A stretch of 64,000 nucleotides of DNA from Lysobacter sp. (GTDB taxonomy: Bacteria > Pseudomonadota > Gammaproteobacteria > Xanthomonadales > Xanthomonadaceae): positions 9,676 to 73,675 of the forward strand of contig DATDBI010000324.1 in the NCBI GenBank assembly GCA_036524915.1, read 5' to 3'. Numbering within the stretch: the stretch's first letter is position 1; the number at the start of each line of letters is the position of its first letter. Both the position numbers and the translations under genes were made by a program. Shown piece after piece: positions 9,049-20,456 of this stretch. Below the pieces are notes generated by a model. That model saw nothing but the letters and a program-made list of their open reading frames with translations, did not search any database and was not told the origin of the DNA.

Positions 9049-9213
9049 GCGGCGCCTCGGTGTCGCTAAGTGTCTGTAGCTAAAGACATTCCGCATTGCA
9101 GCAAGCCATTTCCCGCAACGCTCGTTAGAGTTCCCTCATCCGTCCCGGGACCCCCTTCGACCTATGACTCGGCTGGCCAGCATCCGTAGTGATGTTTTTT
9201 TATGCGCTTTGAG

Positions 9214-9227
9214 TGGTAGCGCTAACT
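9214..9227 (+). promoter_or_regulatory. XylR (LacI) operator upstream of xylB
   Basis: TGGTAGCGCTAACT, matching the TG(G/T)TAGCGCTA(A/C)CA xylose operator known from Caulobacter and Xanthomonas. Confidence 0.85.
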
Positions 9228-9246
9228 TTTTTTCCGGACGGTCCGA

Positions 9247-10758
9247 ATGAGCCTGTTTGTCGGTCTCGACGTTGGTACCCAGAGCGTCAAGCTGATTGCC
9301 TACGATCCGCAGGCCCGCAGGGTCGTCGCGACGCATGGCCAGGCGCTGGAACTGATCGCCGGTGACGACGGCAGCCGCGAGCAGCACGCGCAGTGGTGGA
9401 TCGATGCGATCCGCGCGTGTTTCGCGCGCATGGAGCCCGCGCAACGCGAGCGCGTGAGCGCGATCGGCGTGTCCGGCCAGCAGCACGGTTTCGTCCCGGT
9501 CGATGCCGCCGGCAACGTGCTCGCGCCGGCCAAGCTGTGGTGCGACACCAGCACCACCGACGAGTGCGACGAGATCATGGCTGCCGCCGGTGGCGCCAAG
9601 GGCTGCATCGCACTGGCGGGCAACCCGATCCTGGCCGGTTACACCGCATCGAAGTTGCCGTGGACGCGAAAGCACCGCCCCGAGGTCTACGCGCGCCTGG
9701 CCGCGATCATGCTGCCGCACGACTACGTCAACTTCTGGCTCACCGGCGAACGCTGGATGGAATACGGCGATGCCTCCGGCACGGGCTGGCTCGACGTGCG
9801 CACGCGCCGCTGGTCGTCGCGCATGCTCGCGGCCACCGATGCGCAACGCGACCTGGCTGACTTGCTGCCGCCGCTGGTCGACGCCGATGCCAGCTTCCCC
9901 ATCGCCGCGTCGATCGCCAATGAACTCGGCCTGCCGCAGGGCGTGCGCGTGGCGGCCGGTGGCGGCGACAACATGATGGCGGCGATCGGCACCGGCAACG
10001 TTGCATCGGGCGTCCTGAGCATGAGCCTGGGCACGTCCGGCACGCTGTTCGCGCATGCCGACCATCCAGTTGTTGACGAGGCCGGTGGCTGGGCGGCGTT
10101 CTGCTCGTCCACCGGTGGCTGGCTGCCGCTGATCTGCACGATGAACTGCACCGTCGCCACCGAAAGCGTCGCCCGCATGTTCGGCTTCAGCAGCCGCGAC
10201 GGCGATTCGGTGATGGCCGACACCGCACCGGGCGCGGGCGGGCTGGTGATGCTGCCGTTCCTCAACGGCGAACGCACGCCCGACCTGCCGCACGCGCGCG
10301 GCTCGCTGCACGGCATGGATTCGAGCAACCTCACCCGCGGCAATGTCTATCGCGCGGCCATGGAAGGCGCGACCTACAGCCTGCGCTACGGCTACGACGC
10401 GTTGACCGCCGCCGGCCTGCAGTTCGACGCCATCCGCCTGACCGGCGGAGGCAGCCAGAGCGCGGCATGGCGACAGATGGTGGCCGACGTGTTCGAGCTG
10501 CCGGTCGCGGTGCCTGAGCAGAGCGAGGGCGCCGCGTTCGGCGCCGCGCTGCAGGCGTTGTGGGCACACGGCCGGGCCAGCGGTGGTGGCGACGACATCG
10601 CAACGATCGCGCGCGAGCACGTCGGCACCGACGACGCTTCAGTTGCGCGCCCCGACGGCAATGCCGCGTCCGCCTATCGCACCCATTACCGTCAATTCCG
10701 CCGCCACCTCGATGCGGCCATGCAATTCCACGCCAACCCGAACAACCCCAAGCCCTGA
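9247..10758 (+). CDS. xylB: xylulokinase
   Basis: FGGY kinase motifs [27 protein letters not shown] and GERTP; adjacent to xylA. Confidence 0.93.
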   Translation: MSLFVGLDVGTQSVKLIAYDPQARRVVATHGQALELIAGDDGSREQHAQWWIDAIRACFARMEPAQRERVSAIGVSGQQHGFVPVDAAGNVLAPAKLWCDTSTTDECDEIMAAAGGAKGCIALAGNPILAGYTASKLPWTRKHRPEVYARLAAIMLPHDYVNFWLTGERWMEYGDASGTGWLDVRTRRWSSRMLAATDAQRDLADLLPPLVDADASFPIAASIANELGLPQGVRVAAGGGDNMMAAIGTGNVASGVLSMSLGTSGTLFAHADHPVVDEAGGWAAFCSSTGGWLPLICTMNCTVATESVARMFGFSSRDGDSVMADTAPGAGGLVMLPFLNGERTPDLPHARGSLHGMDSSNLTRGNVYRAAMEGATYSLRYGYDALTAAGLQFDAIRLTGGGSQSAAWRQMVADVFELPVAVPEQSEGAAFGAALQALWAHGRASGGGDDIATIAREHVGTDDASVARPDGNAASAYRTHYRQFRRHLDAAMQFHANPNNPKP

Positions 10759-10810
10759 CGCCAGCCGGGCCGCAGCCCGCCATTCCACTCTCTCGACAGT
10801 GACTCCCACC

Positions 10811-12148
10811 ATGACGACTCCCTTCATCGGCGCCCGCGAATACTTCCCCGGCATCGGCCGCATCCCGTACGAGGGACGCGATTCGGACAACCCCTTGGCG
10901 TTCAAGCATTACGACGCCAACAAGCGCATCGGCGACAAGACCATGGCCGAGCACCTGCGATTCGCAGTCTGCTACTGGCACAGCTTCTGCAACGCCGGCC
11001 ACGACCCGTTCGGCCCGGGCACGCGCGTGTATCCGTGGGATGCCGCGTCCGCGCCGCTGGCGCGTGCCGAGGCCAAGGCCGACGCTTCGTTCGAGTTCTT
11101 CACCAAGCTCGGCGTGCCGTACTACTGCTTCCATGACATCGACCTGGCGCCCGATGCCGAGGACATCGGCGAGTACGAGAAGAACGTCAAGCACATGGTC
11201 GCCATTGCCAAGGAGCGCCAGAAGGCGACGGGCATGAAGCTGCTGTGGGGCACGGCCAACCTCTTCAGCCACCCGCGCTACATGAACGGTGCCGCCACCA
11301 ACCCGGACTTCGCCGTGGTCGCGCGCGCTGCCGTGCAGGTGAAGGCCGCGCTTGAGGCGACGGTCGAGCTGGGCGGCGAGAACTACGTGTTCTGGGGCGG
11401 CCGCGAAGGCTATGCCTCGCTGCACAACACCAACATGAAGCGCGAGCTGGCGCACTTCGGTCGCTTCCTCACCATGGCGCGCGACTACGGCCGCAGCATC
11501 GGCTTCAAGGGCAACTACCTGATCGAGCCCAAGCCGATGGAGCCGATGAAGCACCAGTACGACTTCGACTCGGCCACCGTCGTCGGTTTCCTGCGCGAGC
11601 ATGGCCTCGACCAGGACTTCAAGCTCAACATCGAAGCCAACCACGCCACGCTGTCGGGCCATACCTTCGAGCACGACCTGCAGGTGGCATCGGACGCCGG
11701 CATGCTCGGCAGCATCGACGCCAACCGCGGCAACGCGCAGAACGGCTGGGACACCGACCAGTTCCCGACCGACCTGTACGACACCGTCGGCGCGATGCTG
11801 GTGGTGCTGCGCCAGGGTGGCCTGCAGCCGGGTGGCCTCAACTTCGACGCCAAGGTGCGCCGCGAGTCGACCGATGCCGACGACCTGTTCATCGCCCACA
11901 TCGGCGGCATGGACGCGTTCGCGCGTGGCCTGGAAGTGGCGCAGGCGCTGCTGACCAAGTCGCCGTGGGAGCAGTGGCGCGCCGAGCGTTACGCCAGCTT
12001 CGACAAGGGTGCGGGAAACGACTTCGTCAAGGGCAAGCTCGACCTCGCCACGCTGAGCGCGCATGCCCTCAACGGTGCCGAACCGGCCAAGCTCAGCGGC
12101 AAGCAGGAGCGCTATGAGAACCTGCTCAACCAGTACCTCATGCGCTGA
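10811..12148 (+). CDS. xylA: xylose isomerase (class II)
   Basis: [38 protein letters not shown] and GWDTDQF motifs. Confidence 0.97.
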   Translation: MTTPFIGAREYFPGIGRIPYEGRDSDNPLAFKHYDANKRIGDKTMAEHLRFAVCYWHSFCNAGHDPFGPGTRVYPWDAASAPLARAEAKADASFEFFTKLGVPYYCFHDIDLAPDAEDIGEYEKNVKHMVAIAKERQKATGMKLLWGTANLFSHPRYMNGAATNPDFAVVARAAVQVKAALEATVELGGENYVFWGGREGYASLHNTNMKRELAHFGRFLTMARDYGRSIGFKGNYLIEPKPMEPMKHQYDFDSATVVGFLREHGLDQDFKLNIEANHATLSGHTFEHDLQVASDAGMLGSIDANRGNAQNGWDTDQFPTDLYDTVGAMLVVLRQGGLQPGGLNFDAKVRRESTDADDLFIAHIGGMDAFARGLEVAQALLTKSPWEQWRAERYASFDKGAGNDFVKGKLDLATLSAHALNGAEPAKLSGKQERYENLLNQYLMR

Positions 12149-12159
12149 GCGATAACGAA

Positions 12160-12187
12160 CCTTCCCCCGTTCCGGCAACGGGGGAGG
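12160..12187 (+). terminator. intercistronic stem-loop between xylA and xylE
   Basis: CTTCCCCCGTT-ccggc-AACGGGGGAGG inverted repeat, no U tract. Confidence 0.5.
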
Positions 12188-12237
12188 GAGGCAAGGGGGC
12201 CGGGTTCAACCGATTGAACACAACTCAGGGGTAGGCC

Positions 12238-13671
12238 ATGAACAGCGCCACGCTCGAAAACGCCACGTCCAACCACGACGCCGAGAACACCCGACTGATC
12301 ATCCTGGTCAGCTGCGTGGCCACGATCGGTGGCTTCCTGTTCGGCTTCGACAGTGGCGTCATCAACGGCACGGTCGACGGATTGCAGCAGGCTTTCGGTT
12401 CGAGCAAGGCCGGGCTCGGCTTCGAGGTCGCCTCGATGCTGCTGGGCTGCGCGATCGGCGCGTTCTTCGCCGGGCGCCTGGCGGACCGCTGGGGTCGACG
12501 CTCGGTGCTGATCATCTCGGCGGTGCTGTTCCTGATATCGGCGCTCGGTGCAGGCGCGGCGGCGACCTCGTGGATGTTCGTCACCGCCCGCGTGCTCGGC
12601 GGATTCGCCGTCGGTGCCGCCAGCGTGATGTCGCCGGCCTATATCGCCGAAGTGGCCTCGGCGCGCTACCGCGGCCGGCTGGCCACGGTGCAGCAGATCG
12701 CCATCATCAGCGGCCTGTTCTGCGCGTTCCTCAGTAACTACCTGCTGGCCAAGGCCGCCGGCGCCTCCACCGAAGGGCTGTGGCTGGGGCAGGCGGCATG
12801 GCGCTGGATGTTCTGGGTGCAGGCGATTCCGTCGCTGCTGTTCCTGTTGCTGCTGCTGACCATCCCGGAGAGCCCGCGCTTCCTGGTGGTCAAGAAGCGC
12901 CAGGCCGATGCGCTCGCGGTGCTGACGCGCCTGTACGGCGCGGCCGAGGCGCGGACCAAGCTGGCCGAGATCGATGCATCACTGTCGGCCGACCACCATC
13001 GCCCGCAACTGTCTGACCTGATCAACAAGGCCACCGGCAAGATCCGTCCGATCGTCTGGATCGGCATCGGCCTGGCCACGTTCCAGCAGCTGGTCGGCAT
13101 CAACGTCGTCTTCTATTACGGCGCCGTGCTGTGGCAGGCAGTCGGCTTCTCCGAGAGCGACGCGCTGCTGATCAACGTGCTGTCGGGTGCGCTGAGCATC
13201 GGCGCCTGCCTGGTGACGGTGCTGCTGATCGACCGCATCGGCCGCAAGCCGCTGCTGTGGGTCGGTTCGGCCGGCATGGCGGTGTCGCTGGCACTGATGA
13301 CCTGGGCCTTCACCACCGGGTCGATCGATGCCAACCACAAGCTGGCGCTGTCGGACTCGATGGGCACGCTGGCGCTGGTCGCGGCCAACGTCTACGTGAT
13401 CTTCTTCAACATGTCCTGGGGCCCGGTGATGTGGGTGATGCTGGGCGAGATGTTCCCCAACCAGATCCGCGGCTCGGGCCTGGCCGTTGCCGGCGCGGCG
13501 CAGTGGACGTCGAACTTCACCATCACCGTGACCTTCCCGATCCTGCTGGGCAGCATCGGCCTGGCCGGCGCGTACGGCATCTACACCGTGGCCGCGATCA
13601 TCTCGGTGTTCTTCGTCCTGCGCTACGTCTACGAGACCAAGGGCAAGGAACTGGAACAGATGGAAGGCTGA
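12238..13671 (+). CDS. xylE: sugar porter family MFS transporter (D-xylose:H+ symporter-like)
   Basis: GGFLFGFDSGVING, DRWGRR, PESPR, QQLVGIN and ETKGKELE motifs; in the xyl operon. Confidence 0.88.
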   Translation: MNSATLENATSNHDAENTRLIILVSCVATIGGFLFGFDSGVINGTVDGLQQAFGSSKAGLGFEVASMLLGCAIGAFFAGRLADRWGRRSVLIISAVLFLISALGAGAAATSWMFVTARVLGGFAVGAASVMSPAYIAEVASARYRGRLATVQQIAIISGLFCAFLSNYLLAKAAGASTEGLWLGQAAWRWMFWVQAIPSLLFLLLLLTIPESPRFLVVKKRQADALAVLTRLYGAAEARTKLAEIDASLSADHHRPQLSDLINKATGKIRPIVWIGIGLATFQQLVGINVVFYYGAVLWQAVGFSESDALLINVLSGALSIGACLVTVLLIDRIGRKPLLWVGSAGMAVSLALMTWAFTTGSIDANHKLALSDSMGTLALVAANVYVIFFNMSWGPVMWVMLGEMFPNQIRGSGLAVAGAAQWTSNFTITVTFPILLGSIGLAGAYGIYTVAAIISVFFVLRYVYETKGKELEQMEG

Positions 13672-13724
13672 GCCGGCGCATGGCTCCGGTTCCGGGCGAC
13701 CCCCATCACATGCGCATGCCGGAC

Positions 13725-14801
13725 TTACTGGCCGCTCGCGTCGCCCGGCTTGGCCGGCGGCGCGACCGAGTCGCGCGATACCAGCTGGTGGGGCAGCACG
13801 TGGTCGACCACCACGCGCGTGTTGCGGTCCTTGCGGCGGATGTTGCGCAGCAGGATGTCGACGGCCGAATCGGCCATCGAGGCGATCGGCTGGTGGATGG
13901 TGGTGAGTTCCGGCCACACCGTGGTCGCGGCCGAGGTGTCGTCGAAGCCCACCACCGACAAGTCGCGCGGCACGTCGAGCCCGCGCCGGTGCGCGACCGA
14001 GATCACCGCCGAGGCCATGTCGTCGTTGCTGGCGAAGATCGCGGTCGGCGGCTTGCGCAGACCCAGCAGCTTTTCCGTGGCGTCGAGACCGGAGCGGTAG
14101 GTGAAGTAGCCCTGCTGGACAAGGGCCGCATCCGGCGCGATGCCGGCCTCGTTCAGTGCCGCCTGGAAGCCCTCGTAGCGCCGCGCACTGGCGGTCTGGT
14201 TCGGGTTGCCCTTGATGTAGCCGATGCGGGTATGGCCGAGCGCGATCAGGTGCGCGGTGATCTCGCGGCTGGCGTGGAAGTCGTCGATGCGGACGCTGGA
14301 GATTTCCTGGCTGAAACGTCCCGACGCGATCGCAACCACCGACACGCCCGCACTGACCAGTTCGGACACGATGGCCTTGGACTCGCACAGCGGCGGCGGC
14401 AGGATCGCGCCCGCAACAGTCTTGGCCAGCGCACGCGCGGCGTGCCGCTGCTGCTCGGCGTCGAAGTTCTCCCAGGTATCGATGACCAGCTGCGCGGCGG
14501 TTCGCGATGCGCCGTTCAATGCGCCCACCAGCAGTTCGCGCAGGTAGGCCGCGCTGGGGTTGGTGTAGATCAGCGCAATGCGCGTGTCCTGCGCCGCGGC
14601 CAGCGAGCTGGCGGCCTGGTTGGGCGTGTAGCCGAGCTCGCGCACCGCCTGGGTGACGCGCTCGCGGGTGGACTCGCGGACCTTGCCGTAGCCGTTGACG
14701 ACGCGGGAAACCGTCATCGGCGAGACGTTGGCGAGCGCCGCCACCTCGTCGATGGTTACTGCGCGTCCCTTGCGGCGGACCGACTTCTTGGGCTTCTCCA
14801 A
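13725..14801 (-). CDS. xylR: LacI-family repressor of the xylan/xylose regulon
   Basis: [46 protein letters not shown]; TTG start at 14801 after GAAGGAAGG RBS. Confidence 0.88.
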   Translation of the reverse strand: MEKPKKSVRRKGRAVTIDEVAALANVSPMTVSRVVNGYGKVRESTRERVTQAVRELGYTPNQAASSLAAAQDTRIALIYTNPSAAYLRELLVGALNGASRTAAQLVIDTWENFDAEQQRHAARALAKTVAGAILPPPLCESKAIVSELVSAGVSVVAIASGRFSQEISSVRIDDFHASREITAHLIALGHTRIGYIKGNPNQTASARRYEGFQAALNEAGIAPDAALVQQGYFTYRSGLDATEKLLGLRKPPTAIFASNDDMASAVISVAHRRGLDVPRDLSVVGFDDTSAATTVWPELTTIHQPIASMADSAVDILLRNIRRKDRNTRVVVDHVLPHQLVSRDSVAPPAKPGDASGQ

Positions 14802-14941
14802 CGTACCTTCCTTCGCACGGCTTATGTCGGCGCGGACTTCATCACCAACGTGGGTTTCCACACCGAAGTGGCATCGGACAGGGCATGACAACGAATCACA
14901 TGGTACCGACAACCGCCCCATGCAGCGACAGCGTAACCCCG

Positions 14942-17137
14942 ATGGCGGGCGCCGTGCGCCGGTTGCGCCAGGCCGTTTGCCGCCTGGGCCGGGTGGGTGC
15001 CGCCGCCATCGCCATGCTTGCGTCGCTGTCGGCAGCACCCTGCGCACACGCGGAAGACGGCTATGACCTGTGGCTGCGCTACCGCCCGCTCGCGGCTGAA
15101 AACGCCAATGTCTACCGGTCACAGGTCTCGCAACTGGTCCTGGCCGACGCATCGCCGACCCAGGCGGCAACGCGGGCCGAACTGGTGCGTGGCTTGTCCG
15201 GCCTGCTCGGCAGCGCACCGCCGGTCTCGCAGTCGGTCAGCGCCGACGGTGCGGTGATCGTCGGCACGCCGGCGTCTTCGCCCGTCATCGCCGGCCTGCG
15301 CCTGACGCTGAAGGACCTTGGCCGCGAGGGCTATCTGATCCGCAGCGTCAACGTCGGCGGCCATCGCGCCACGGTCATCGCCGCCAACGAAGACGGCGGT
15401 GCGCTCTACGGTTCATTCCACTTCCTGCGCATGCTGCAGACCGCGCAGCCGCTCGCGGCGCTCGACCTGCGCGAGGCGCCGCACGTGCAGCTGCGCGTGC
15501 TCAACCACTGGGACAACCTCAACCGCCATGTCGAGCGCGGCTACGCAGGGCAGTCGATCTGGGACTGGCACAAGCTGCCCGACTATCTCGACCCGCGTTA
15601 CACCGATTACGCCCGTGCCAACGCCTCGCTCGGTATCAACGGAACCGTGCTCAACAACGTCAATGCCAATGCATTGAGCCTGACGCCGATGTACTTGGAA
15701 AAGGCGGCGGCGCTGGCCGGCGTGTTCCGGCCCTATGGCATCCGCGTGTATCTCAGTGCCCGCTTCAGTGCGCCGATCGAAGTCGGCGGCCTTAAGACCG
15801 CCGACCCGCTCGACCCGCAGGTGCAGCGCTGGTGGCGCGACAAGGCCGACGAGATCTACAAGGTGATCCCGGACTTCGGTGGTTTCCTGGTCAAGGCCAA
15901 CTCCGAGGGCCAGCCGGGCCCGCAGGACTACGGCCGCACCCACGCCGACGGCGCCAACATGCTGGCCGACGCGGTCAAGCCGCACGGTGGCGTGGTGATG
16001 TGGCGCGCGTTTGTCTATTCGCACGAGGAACCCGACGACCGCGCCAAGCAGGCCTACAGCGAGTTCGTTCCGCTTGACGGAAAGTTCCGCGACAACGTGA
16101 TCGTGCAGGTCAAGAACGGCGCGATCGACTTCCAGCCGCGTGAACCGTTCCATCCGCTGTTCGGCGCGATGCCGAAGACGCCGCTGATGATGGAGTTCCA
16201 GATCACCAAGGAGTACCTGGGATTCGCCACGCATCTGGCCTACCTCGGGCCGATGTACGAGGAAACGCTGGAATCCGATACGTATCGGCGCGGCAAGGGC
16301 TCGACCGTGGCGAAAGTGGTCGACGGGTCCTTGCACCACTACAGGCTCACCGGCATGGCCGGTGTCGCCAACATCGGTTCGGACCGCAACTGGAGCGGGT
16401 CGCAGTTCGACCAGGCCAACTGGTACGTGTTCGGCCGCATGGCCTGGGATCCGTCGCTGAAGGCGCGGCCGATCGCCGAGGAATGGGCGCGCATGACGTT
16501 CTCCAACGAGGCCGATGTGGTGGAACCGATCGTCGCGATGATGATGGGCTCGCGCGAGGCGGTGGTGGACTACATGACCCCGCTCGGATTGCACCACCTG
16601 ATGGGCAACGGCCATCACTACGGCCCGGGCCCATGGGTGTCCGGCGGACCGCGTGCGGACTGGACGTCCGTGTACTACCACCGCGCCAGTCGCAACGGCA
16701 TCGGCTTCGATCGCAGCGCCAGCGGCAGCAACGCCGTCGCGCAGTACGCGCCGCCGGTGGCGCGCGAGTTCGGCGACGCCAAGCGCGTGCCGGAGAAATA
16801 CCTGCTCTGGTTCCATCACGTGCCCTGGGACTACCGCACCGCTTCCGGCCGGCCGCTGTGGGACGAGCTTGTCTCCCGCTACACGCACGGCGTCGATTAC
16901 GTGAAGCAGATGGAGCAGACCTGGCAGGGTCTCGGCGGCCGCATCGACGCAGAGCGCCACGCCCAGGTAGCGACCTACCTGTCGATCCAGGAGAAGGAGG
17001 CGCAGTGGTGGCGCGACGCCAGCATCGCCTACTTCCAGACGTTCTCGCAGCGACCGTTGCCCGAAGGCCAGGCGCCGCCCGCGCACACGCTTGAGTACTA
17101 CGAAGCGCTTTCCTTTCCTTTTGCGCCAGGTAACTGA
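14942..17137 (+). CDS. aguA: alpha-glucuronidase GH67, secreted
   Basis: [33 protein letters not shown] and DFQPREP motifs; start uncertain (14885, 14900 or 14942). Confidence 0.93.
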   Translation: MAGAVRRLRQAVCRLGRVGAAAIAMLASLSAAPCAHAEDGYDLWLRYRPLAAENANVYRSQVSQLVLADASPTQAATRAELVRGLSGLLGSAPPVSQSVSADGAVIVGTPASSPVIAGLRLTLKDLGREGYLIRSVNVGGHRATVIAANEDGGALYGSFHFLRMLQTAQPLAALDLREAPHVQLRVLNHWDNLNRHVERGYAGQSIWDWHKLPDYLDPRYTDYARANASLGINGTVLNNVNANALSLTPMYLEKAAALAGVFRPYGIRVYLSARFSAPIEVGGLKTADPLDPQVQRWWRDKADEIYKVIPDFGGFLVKANSEGQPGPQDYGRTHADGANMLADAVKPHGGVVMWRAFVYSHEEPDDRAKQAYSEFVPLDGKFRDNVIVQVKNGAIDFQPREPFHPLFGAMPKTPLMMEFQITKEYLGFATHLAYLGPMYEETLESDTYRRGKGSTVAKVVDGSLHHYRLTGMAGVANIGSDRNWSGSQFDQANWYVFGRMAWDPSLKARPIAEEWARMTFSNEADVVEPIVAMMMGSREAVVDYMTPLGLHHLMGNGHHYGPGPWVSGGPRADWTSVYYHRASRNGIGFDRSASGSNAVAQYAPPVAREFGDAKRVPEKYLLWFHHVPWDYRTASGRPLWDELVSRYTHGVDYVKQMEQTWQGLGGRIDAERHAQVATYLSIQEKEAQWWRDASIAYFQTFSQRPLPEGQAPPAHTLEYYEALSFPFAPGN

Positions 17138-17143
17138 GCCAGC

Positions 17144-19168
17144 ATGAACATGTCCAGCTCGCCGCTCCGTTCGTCGTTGCTTGTCCTCGCGCTCGGCGCG
17201 GCCTCCGTTGCGCAGGCCAATGGCACTGCGCACGAGCCGCTGCAGGACCAGGTGAGTGCGGCGGCGGCCGAGCGCAGGCCGGCACCACTGCTTCACGAGA
17301 TGTTCCAGGACCACGCCGTCCTGCAACGCAACGCGCCGATCCGCGTCTGGGGACAGTCGAAGCCCGGCCAGGCCGTGCAGGTGACGCTGGCGCGCAAGAA
17401 GGCCAGCGCCCGCGCCGACGAGAACGGCCGCTGGCTGGCGACCTTGCCGCCGATGCCGGCCGGTGGTCCATACACGCTGATCGCCAGCGAGCAGGGCGGA
17501 ATGAAGCAGACCGTGAATGACGTGATGGTCGGCGACGTGTGGCTGTGCTCGGGCCAGTCCAACATGGTGCTGCAGGTGCACCGCACGCTCGACTCGCGCG
17601 CCGAGATCGCAGATTCCAGCAACGACGGCATCCGCATGCTCACCGTCGGTGAAACCGGCAGCGTGACGCCGCTGGAGCATTTCGCCACGCCGGTGAAATG
17701 GCTCAAGGCGGCGCCGGAGACCGTGCCCAACTTCTCCGCGGCCTGCTTCTACTACGCACGCGAACTGCAGAAGACGGTCAAGGTGCCGATGGGCCTGGTC
17801 ACCGCGGCGTGGGGTGGCTCGCGCATCCAGGCCTGGACCAGTGGCGAGGCGCTGCGTGCGTCGGGCCAGTACAACGACGAGCTTGATGTGCTGGCCGCAT
17901 ACGCGCGTGATCCGGTCGCCGCGGTCGCTCAATGGGGCGAGGTCTGGGGTAAGTGGTGGCGCGCCCGCAAGGATGCGATGGCCGGCGACGAGCCCTGGGC
18001 AGCCGACTATTCCGAGACCGAAGGCTGGCGCGCTGCACCGCGAGCGCTGGGCCCGTGGGAAGGGTGGGGCGTGAGGGAGCTGGCCGAGTACGACGGCATG
18101 GTCTGGTTCCGCACCTCCGTCAAGCTCACCGAGCAGCAGGCCGCGCAGGACGCGGTGTTGCTGCTGGGGTCGATCGATGAAGTCGACATGACCTGGGTAA
18201 ACGGTCGCGGCGTCGGCAGCACTTATGGGCCCGGGGCCGGTCGCGAGTATCCGTTGCCGACCGGTCTGCTGCACGCCGGTGACAATTCGGTCGCGATCAA
18301 CGTGCTCGACACCTATCGCGCCGGCGGCATGAGCGGCCCGGCGTCGGCCTACGCGGTTCGCTTCAAGGACGGGACCACGGTGCCGCTCGATAGCGCCTGG
18401 AAGTACCGTTCGGCGCCCGGCAACGACTGGCCCCCGCGGGCGCCGTGGCAGACCGCTGCTGGCCTGTCGACGCTCTACAACGGCATGATCGCGCCGATCG
18501 GCAAGTACGGCTTCCGCGGCATGCTCTGGTACCAGGGCGAGTCGAACACTTTCGAGTCCGATCGCTATGCCGACCTGCTTCGCATGTGGCGCAACGACTG
18601 GCGTTCGCGTTTCGGCGCCGATCTGCCGGTGCTGATCGTGCAGCTGGCCGGTTATGGCATGCCGAAGTCGCAGCCGGCCGAGAGTGGCTGGGCCGAACTG
18701 AGGCAGGCGCAGCGCATCGTCGCCAACGACGACGCGCATAGCGGGCTGGCCGTGGCGATCGACATCGGCGACCGCTACGACATCCATCCTTCGAACAAAC
18801 AGGAACTCGCGCGTCGCCTCGCGCGCGCTGCGCGGCACGTGATCTACGCAGACAAGCAGCCGCCTTCCGGGCCGGTGCCGACATCGGCAAGGCGCGAAGG
18901 CGATGCCGTCACGGTGACTTTCGCCGATGTCACCAACGGGCTGGTCGCTTTCGGTGCCAACGGCCCGATCGGCTTCGAACTGTGTGGCGCGGCAAAGGAC
19001 ACCTGCCACTACGCCGATGCCCGCATCAGCGGTAACAAGGTGACCCTGCGCGCACCTGGCGCCGCGGCCGTCACGCGCGTGCGCTACTGCTGGGCCGACG
19101 GCCCGGTCTGCACGCTCTTCGATGGCGTCGGCCTGCCCGCCGGTCCGTTTGAAGCCCCCATCCAGTGA
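17144..19168 (+). CDS. SGNH carbohydrate O-acetylesterase (sialate O-acetylesterase/SASA type; probable acetylxylan esterase)
   Basis: CSGQSNM, WGGS, WYQGESN and DIHP motifs with an inserted beta-sandwich; signal peptide. Confidence 0.85.
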   Translation: MNMSSSPLRSSLLVLALGAASVAQANGTAHEPLQDQVSAAAAERRPAPLLHEMFQDHAVLQRNAPIRVWGQSKPGQAVQVTLARKKASARADENGRWLATLPPMPAGGPYTLIASEQGGMKQTVNDVMVGDVWLCSGQSNMVLQVHRTLDSRAEIADSSNDGIRMLTVGETGSVTPLEHFATPVKWLKAAPETVPNFSAACFYYARELQKTVKVPMGLVTAAWGGSRIQAWTSGEALRASGQYNDELDVLAAYARDPVAAVAQWGEVWGKWWRARKDAMAGDEPWAADYSETEGWRAAPRALGPWEGWGVRELAEYDGMVWFRTSVKLTEQQAAQDAVLLLGSIDEVDMTWVNGRGVGSTYGPGAGREYPLPTGLLHAGDNSVAINVLDTYRAGGMSGPASAYAVRFKDGTTVPLDSAWKYRSAPGNDWPPRAPWQTAAGLSTLYNGMIAPIGKYGFRGMLWYQGESNTFESDRYADLLRMWRNDWRSRFGADLPVLIVQLAGYGMPKSQPAESGWAELRQAQRIVANDDAHSGLAVAIDIGDRYDIHPSNKQELARRLARAARHVIYADKQPPSGPVPTSARREGDAVTVTFADVTNGLVAFGANGPIGFELCGAAKDTCHYADARISGNKVTLRAPGAAAVTRVRYCWADGPVCTLFDGVGLPAGPFEAPIQ

Positions 19169-19183
19169 GCCCCCATCCAGTGA
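19154..19183 (+). repeat. 15-bp tandem duplication spanning the esterase stop codon
   Basis: GCCCCCATCCAGTGA at 19154-19168 and 19169-19183. Confidence 0.85.
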
Positions 19184-19202
19184 ATTTCCGAGTGATCCGA
19201 CG

Positions 19203-20456
19203 ATGAACCACCAGAACGAAACCACCACGCACGGCTCGTCACGCGATCGCGAGATCGTCGACGCGCGCGTCATCGTCACCTGCCCGGGGCGCAACTTCGT
19301 CACGCTGCGCATCGAGACCCGATCGGGCGTGGTCGGCCTCGGCGACGCGACCCTCAACGGCCGCGAGCTGGCGGTTGCTTCCTACCTGCAGGATCACCTG
19401 GTGCCGAACCTGATCGGTCGCGACGCCGGCCGCATCGAGGACATCTGGCAGTTCTTCTATCGCGGTGCCTACTGGCGCCGTGGCCCGGTGACGATGACCG
19501 CCATCGCGGCCGTCGATGTCGCGTTGTGGGACATCCTCGGCAAGATGGCCGGGCTGCCGCTGTACCAGCTGCTTGGCGGCCGCTCGCGCGAAGGCGCGCT
19601 GGTCTATGCGCATGCCAACGGTCGCGACATCGGCGAGGCCAGCGAAGAAGTCGGCAAGTACCGCGAGAAGGGGTTCCTTGCCGTGCGCGCGCAGTGCGGC
19701 GTGCCGGGCGTGAAGAAGGCCTATGGCATCTCCACCGCCGGCAAGCCCTACGAGCCGGCTGAGAGCGAGTTGCCCGCAGAGACCGTGTGGTCGACGCCGA
19801 AGTACCTGGAAGTGGTGCCCAAGTTGTTTGAGCGCCTGCGCGCAGAGCACGGCAACGATATTGAACTGCTGCACGACGTGCACCACCGCCTCAGCCCGAT
19901 CGAGGCAGCGCGCCTGGCCCGCGACGTCGAGCCCTACCGCCTGTTCTGGCTGGAAGACGCCACGCCGGCGGAGAACCAGAAATCGTTCGAGCTGATCCGC
20001 CAGCACTCGGTAACGCCGCTGGCCGTGGGCGAGGTCTTCAACTCGATCTGGGACTGCAAGCACCTGATCGAGAACCAGCTGATCGACTACATCCGCACCA
20101 CCATCGTGCACGGCGGCGGCATCACCCATCTGCGCCGCCTGGCGGACTTTGCGGGCCTGCACCAGGTGCGCACCGGTTTCCACGGCGCCACCGACCTGTC
20201 GCCGGTGTGCATGGGCGCGGCGCTGCACTTCGACACCTGGGTGCCCAACTTCGGCATCCAGGAGTACATGTTCCATTCCGAGGAAGCCAACGCAGTCTTC
20301 CCGCACGACTACGTGTTCCGCGACGGCCGCCTGCATGTCGGCGACACGCCAGGCCATGGCGTTACGATCGACGAGAAGCTGGCGGCGCGCTACCCGTACT
20401 CGCCCAAGCAGTTGCCGATCGCGCGCCTGGAAGACGGCGCGATGTGGGACTGGTGA
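19203..20456 (+). CDS. manD: D-mannonate dehydratase (enolase superfamily, ManD/RspA)
   Basis: [36 protein letters not shown] and HGATDLSP motifs. Confidence 0.92.
   Translation: MNHQNETTTHGSSRDREIVDARVIVTCPGRNFVTLRIETRSGVVGLGDATLNGRELAVASYLQDHLVPNLIGRDAGRIEDIWQFFYRGAYWRRGPVTMTAIAAVDVALWDILGKMAGLPLYQLLGGRSREGALVYAHANGRDIGEASEEVGKYREKGFLAVRAQCGVPGVKKAYGISTAGKPYEPAESELPAETVWSTPKYLEVVPKLFERLRAEHGNDIELLHDVHHRLSPIEAARLARDVEPYRLFWLEDATPAENQKSFELIRQHSVTPLAVGEVFNSIWDCKHLIENQLIDYIRTTIVHGGGITHLRRLADFAGLHQVRTGFHGATDLSPVCMGAALHFDTWVPNFGIQEYMFHSEEANAVFPHDYVFRDGRLHVGDTPGHGVTIDEKLAARYPYSPKQLPIARLEDGAMWDW

Noticed and set aside
15413-19357. 1314-aa minus-strand ORF and other long antisense ORFs (e.g. 10331-12178, 20390-22216, 35421-37583)
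   Set aside because: Shadow ORFs opposite well-supported genes; expected from high GC3 codon bias; no recognisable motifs.
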